64,000 nt of DNA from Candidatus Altimarinota bacterium (lineage in GTDB: Bacteria > Patescibacteriota > Gracilibacteria > Peribacterales > Peribacteraceae). Of this stretch, positions 63,364 through 64,000 are shown piece after piece. Made by a program: the position numbers and the translations under genes. The notes under the pieces were generated by a model. It saw nothing but the letters and a program-made list of their open reading frames with translations. It made no database searches and was not told where the DNA came from. Positions within the stretch are counted from its first letter, which is position 1. Each line of letters starts with the position of its first letter. The stretch is from contig CAVOCY010000002.1 of assembly GCA_963694385.1 (NCBI GenBank), positions 2,208-66,207 on the forward strand, written 5' to 3'.

Positions 63364-64000
63364 TTACAGGGAAGTTGAAGTGACGTTGAGATCTTTTGAT
63401 TCTAGCCGTCCTCTGATCTCAGTGTCTGTTAGAAGTGCGGTTTGGGACCCAATAGATCCGACTACACTTGCAGCATTTATAGTACCTGTTTTCAGTGCAT
63501 CTGGCAATGTAAATCCTGATAGGAGACCCCAGGTAACACCGGTTCCAAATGCATCTCCAGCGCCTGTTGTATCTAAGATCTTCACTCCAGAAATCACTGG
63601 ACATTTGTAGATTGTATTGCCATCAGAAGCTGTTACTCCATGTGAGCCATTCGTAATAGCTACGTTTGCTACCCCTGCTGTAATTAATGTATGTATTGCC
63701 TCTTCGGTGGTCTCCTTTTTTGTAAATGCTAAGGCCTCTTCTTTGTTTAGGAGAAGAAGGTCTGTGTGGCGGAGTAGGGCACTGTTATTTTTTAGCTCCA
63801 TACCCTTATCTATTTGGCATCCACCGGGGTTCCATGTCAGCTTAGCCCCTCCTTTTACTGCAAGCATTTCCAAGATGTCATCTTGGATTTCACAGCTGTC
63901 TTCTTGAATATGATTGAGGTAAACCCAGTCCATTTCTGCGAGTATATCTTTATCAAATGTTACGTCGTGAAGGTGGGTATTGGTTCCTGATTCATACAGA
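63364..64000 (-). CDS. PfkB-family carbohydrate or nucleoside kinase, N-terminus beyond the right window edge
   Basis: DTTGAGDAFGTG signature near the C-terminus. The frame has no stop between 63934 and 64000. Confidence 0.8.
   Translation of the reverse strand, partial: LYESGTNTHLHDVTFDKDILAEMDWVYLNHIQEDSCEIQDDILEMLAVKGGAKLTWNPGGCQIDKGMELKNNSALLRHTDLLLLNKEEALAFTKKETTEEAIHTLITAGVANVAITNGSHGVTASDGNTIYKCPVISGVKILDTTGAGDAFGTGVTWGLLSGFTLPDALKTGTINAASVVGSIGSQTALLTDTEIRGRLESKDLNVTSTSL

Overview
This 64-kb chromosomal window comes from a bacterium with compact gene content dominated by housekeeping functions. I count about 57 protein genes and one tRNA (tRNA-Glu). I found no rRNA, transposase, integrase, prophage or CRISPR array.

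Confidently recognised genes:
- Translation and ribosome: proS, valS, dtd, rpsO, rplJ-rplL, rsmA, pnp.
- Nucleotide metabolism: pyrG, pyrD-pyrK, a LOG/PpnN-like nucleosidase.
- Envelope, transport and secretion: membrane pyrophosphatase hppA, a Liv-type amino-acid ABC transporter, tig, secF, comEC, an LCP-family protein, a K+ channel, an MFS transporter, an SLH-domain protein.
- DNA repair and SOS: pcrA with an rmuC-like gene, and a lexA-dinB pair.
- Stringent response: rel.
- Aromatic metabolism: DAHP synthase and a fused glutamine amidotransferase/chorismate-binding enzyme preceded by a TrpR/YerC-like gene.

Core genes are interleaved with secreted or membrane hypotheticals. Starts mostly lack Shine-Dalgarno sequences, and several promoters look leaderless. 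This style resembles streamlined uncultivated lineages (CPR/Patescibacteria-like), but that is inference only.

No canonical defence or mobile system is visible. The observations most worth follow-up are:
1. A ~105-nt structured element present twice, each copy directly after the stop codon of a minus-strand gene. The second copy sits in a 0.7-kb hairpin-dense non-coding region.
2. A family of short tandem heptamer or nonamer repeats scattered through coding and non-coding DNA.
3. A minus-strand cluster encoding a ~980-aa cysteine-rich-repeat surface protein with hypervariable in-frame repeats. It is followed by a tiny Cys-rich anchored peptide and a four-helix CxxC membrane protein.
4. Several orphan terminators and mutually exclusive hairpin sets that look like leaders, attenuators or small RNAs.
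5. A lexA promoter with a candidate operator.

All calls come from reading the ORF translations and the DNA by eye. No searches were run.
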